Shown one piece after another: positions 62,284-64,000 of a stretch of 64,000 nucleotides of DNA. The translations under genes were made by a program, and so were the position numbers. Under the pieces are notes generated by a model. It was given only the letters and a program-made list of their open reading frames with translations. It was not told where the DNA came from and did not search any database. This DNA is from an uncultured Gammaproteobacteria bacterium. GTDB taxonomy: Bacteria; Pseudomonadota; Gammaproteobacteria; UBA4575. Numbering within the stretch: the first letter of the stretch is position 1; the number at the start of each line of letters is the position of its first letter. The stretch is taken from positions 7,812 through 71,811 of the forward strand of contig CAJQLY010000002.1 in the NCBI GenBank assembly GCA_905479295.1, given 5' to 3'.

Positions 62284-62635
62284 GAACCTTCGTAATAAAG
62301 AACTTAAGTATAGAGATGAAGCGATGGGAATTAATGAAACAATTAAGTCTCAACTTGATGAAGTCTAGAAGAAGTAACATTAGCAATGGTTAGGCTGTAT
62401 GCAACAAGCCTTAGAATCTCTCGACTATCCAACAGACTTCATTCAATACTTGATCGAACAATTAACTATACCTGTAACACGCATCCGACAGGCTTGTCAG
62501 TCTAAGCATCAGTAATCCTATTAACTTTAAAGGTCTTTTTATGCAGGTAATTAATGGGATTGACTATACATTCACAATCTTCGACGCTGAAATATATATC
62601 GATATATCAAAAGAAGGAAATTAATACCTTAGGGA

Positions 62636-63367
62636 CTAACCCTCAACCACCAACTGCCCCTCCAAGTAATGCTGCGCAATACTCGAGGTCGGTGCTTTAA
62701 AAAAGCTATTGGCATCAGCCTGTTCTGCCAACTTCCCCTGATAGATAAAAATCACTTCATCCGCTAGTCGCTGTGCCTGCGGAATGTCATGCGTGGTCAT
62801 GATGATCTTGCTGCCGCTGTCACGAAATTGTTTGACTAGGGTTTCAAATTGATAGGCCGCTGGTGGGTCTAGGGCAACGGTTGGTTCGTCTAGCAGCAAT
62901 ACTTTAGGTCGTAGTACCCAAGCACGGGCGAGTGATAGGCGCTGTATTTCGCCGCCGGATAAACTACTGACTTTGCGCTGCTGTAATTCACTGAGACCAC
63001 AGACATCTAAGGCATGCTCGATGCGTTCTTGTTGTTGTGCTTTCTCTGTGTGACTAAGCGAGAGTACAAATTCTAAGTGAAAGCGTACCGAGCGATCAAA
63101 GAAGCTGGGTTTTTGTAAAACTAGTGTGCGCCAGTATTGTTGGCTGTTGGGTATCTGTTGCTGCCAATAGATAGTGCCAGAGGAAGGTTCTATTACACCG
63201 TGTAGTAATTTGAGTAATAGGCTTTTACCTGCACCATTATGGCCAAGAATCATGCTGATGCCGGGGGATTGGATTTCGACTGAGAAATCTTCAATCAAGG
63301 CCTTGTTGTCGATCGTGTAGTTGACCTTGTCTAGGCATAGCGGCAGGTGTTGGTTTGGCTGCGTCAT
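62636..63367 (-). CDS. ABC transporter ATP-binding protein
   Basis: Walker A GHNGAGKS, signature LSGGEIQRL, Walker B LLLDEPT. Confidence 0.85.
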   Translation of the reverse strand: MTQPNQHLPLCLDKVNYTIDNKALIEDFSVEIQSPGISMILGHNGAGKSLLLKLLHGVIEPSSGTIYWQQQIPNSQQYWRTLVLQKPSFFDRSVRFHLEFVLSLSHTEKAQQQERIEHALDVCGLSELQQRKVSSLSGGEIQRLSLARAWVLRPKVLLLDEPTVALDPPAAYQFETLVKQFRDSGSKIIMTTHDIPQAQRLADEVIFIYQGKLAEQADANSFFKAPTSSIAQHYLEGQLVVEG

Positions 63368-63377
63368 CTGATTAGTG

Positions 63378-64000
63378 TTAGCTACGGTTCTTTAGACGAT
63401 GATCATCACGAATAATAATCATTAGGCTGGTGATGCTGAAGGAGATCAATAATAAGATCAGGCCTAGGGCCATTGCTAGCTCAAGATTACCTTTGCTGGT
63501 TTCTAGTGCAATAGTCGTGGTCATCACGCGTGAGACATGGTTGATGTTGCCACCAACGATTAAGACCGCACCGACTTCTGCCGATGCACGACCAAAGCCG
63601 GTTAGCACAGAGGTAATAAGGGCGCGTCGGGCATCCCATAGTAACGGTAGGATGACTTGCGATTGGCGTGCGCCTAGTGCCTTGAATTGTTCTAGTTGGC
63701 GTTGGTAATGCTCGCCAATGGCCTGCTGCATTAGGCTCGCAATAATCGGTAATATTAGTATCGACTGTGCCAGCACCATTGCGCTAGATGAGAATAAAAG
63801 GTTGAGGTCACCGAGTGGCCCTGAGCGAGATAACAGCATGTAGAGGCCAAGGCCTACGACGACGGGTGGTAAGCCCATTAAGGCGGTCAGTACACTAGTG
63901 ATGGCGCTATGTCCGATAAAACGGTAGCAGGCCAAGATGGCCCCCAGTGGGATCGCAATCAGGCTGGCGATCAATACTGCACTGAGGCTGACACGCAGCG
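63378..64000 (-). CDS. ABC transporter permease (small TupB/ModB-like type), 5-prime end beyond the window
   Basis: Polytopic. EAA-like loop (ALGARQSQVILPLLW). The reading frame stays open to position 64000. Confidence 0.75.
   Translation of the reverse strand, partial: LRVSLSAVLIASLIAIPLGAILACYRFIGHSAITSVLTALMGLPPVVVGLGLYMLLSRSGPLGDLNLLFSSSAMVLAQSILILPIIASLMQQAIGEHYQRQLEQFKALGARQSQVILPLLWDARRALITSVLTGFGRASAEVGAVLIVGGNINHVSRVMTTTIALETSKGNLELAMALGLILLLISFSITSLMIIIRDDHRLKNRS

Overview
This 64-kb window reads as a conserved chromosomal core region of a gammaproteobacterium with moderate GC (~47-48% by eye). Gene order resembles Pseudomonas- and Xanthomonas-type arrangements. It is densely packed with housekeeping operons. 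On the + strand: an lplT-aas fusion; pilT; tkt-gap-pgk-pyk-fba (class I aldolase); purE-purK; rpe-gph-trpE-trpG-trpD-trpC; speD; rplM-rpsI; ilvA; ygfB-pepP-ubiH-ubiI; ppiC. On the - strand: cysQ; yggT-proC-yggS; the run gshB, a tonB-like gene, algH/yqgE, ruvX, pyrR, pyrB, an inactive pyrC-prime and a pyrK-like gene; rsmE; ahcY-metK; bioD; deaD; purC; coq7; rpiA; zapA with the 6S RNA gene downstream. I found no transposase, integrase, phage gene, CRISPR array, rRNA or tRNA. I do not see a convincing complete novel multi-gene system such as a defence island; what follows are smaller oddities on a core-genome background. The most notable local features are: an OxyR-like regulator broken by two closely spaced frameshifts; a three-gene operon pairing an antitoxin-like DUF2384-type protein with a YkgJ/FliB-type Cys-cluster protein instead of the usual RES toxin; a PyrK-like flavoprotein translationally coupled to the inactive pyrC-prime; a GlcF-like Fe-S oxidoreductase coupled upstream of coq7; a histone-H1-like protein built from near-perfect 36-bp tandem repeats; a clear 6S RNA gene (ssrS) that the ORF track mis-reads as an ORF; and a ~1-kb low-GC islet of frameshifted ORFs and homopolymer tracts, bordered by a perfect 12-bp inverted repeat, between ppiC and an ABC transporter. 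All calls rest on reading the sequence and ORF translations and on remembered family signatures. No database search was possible.
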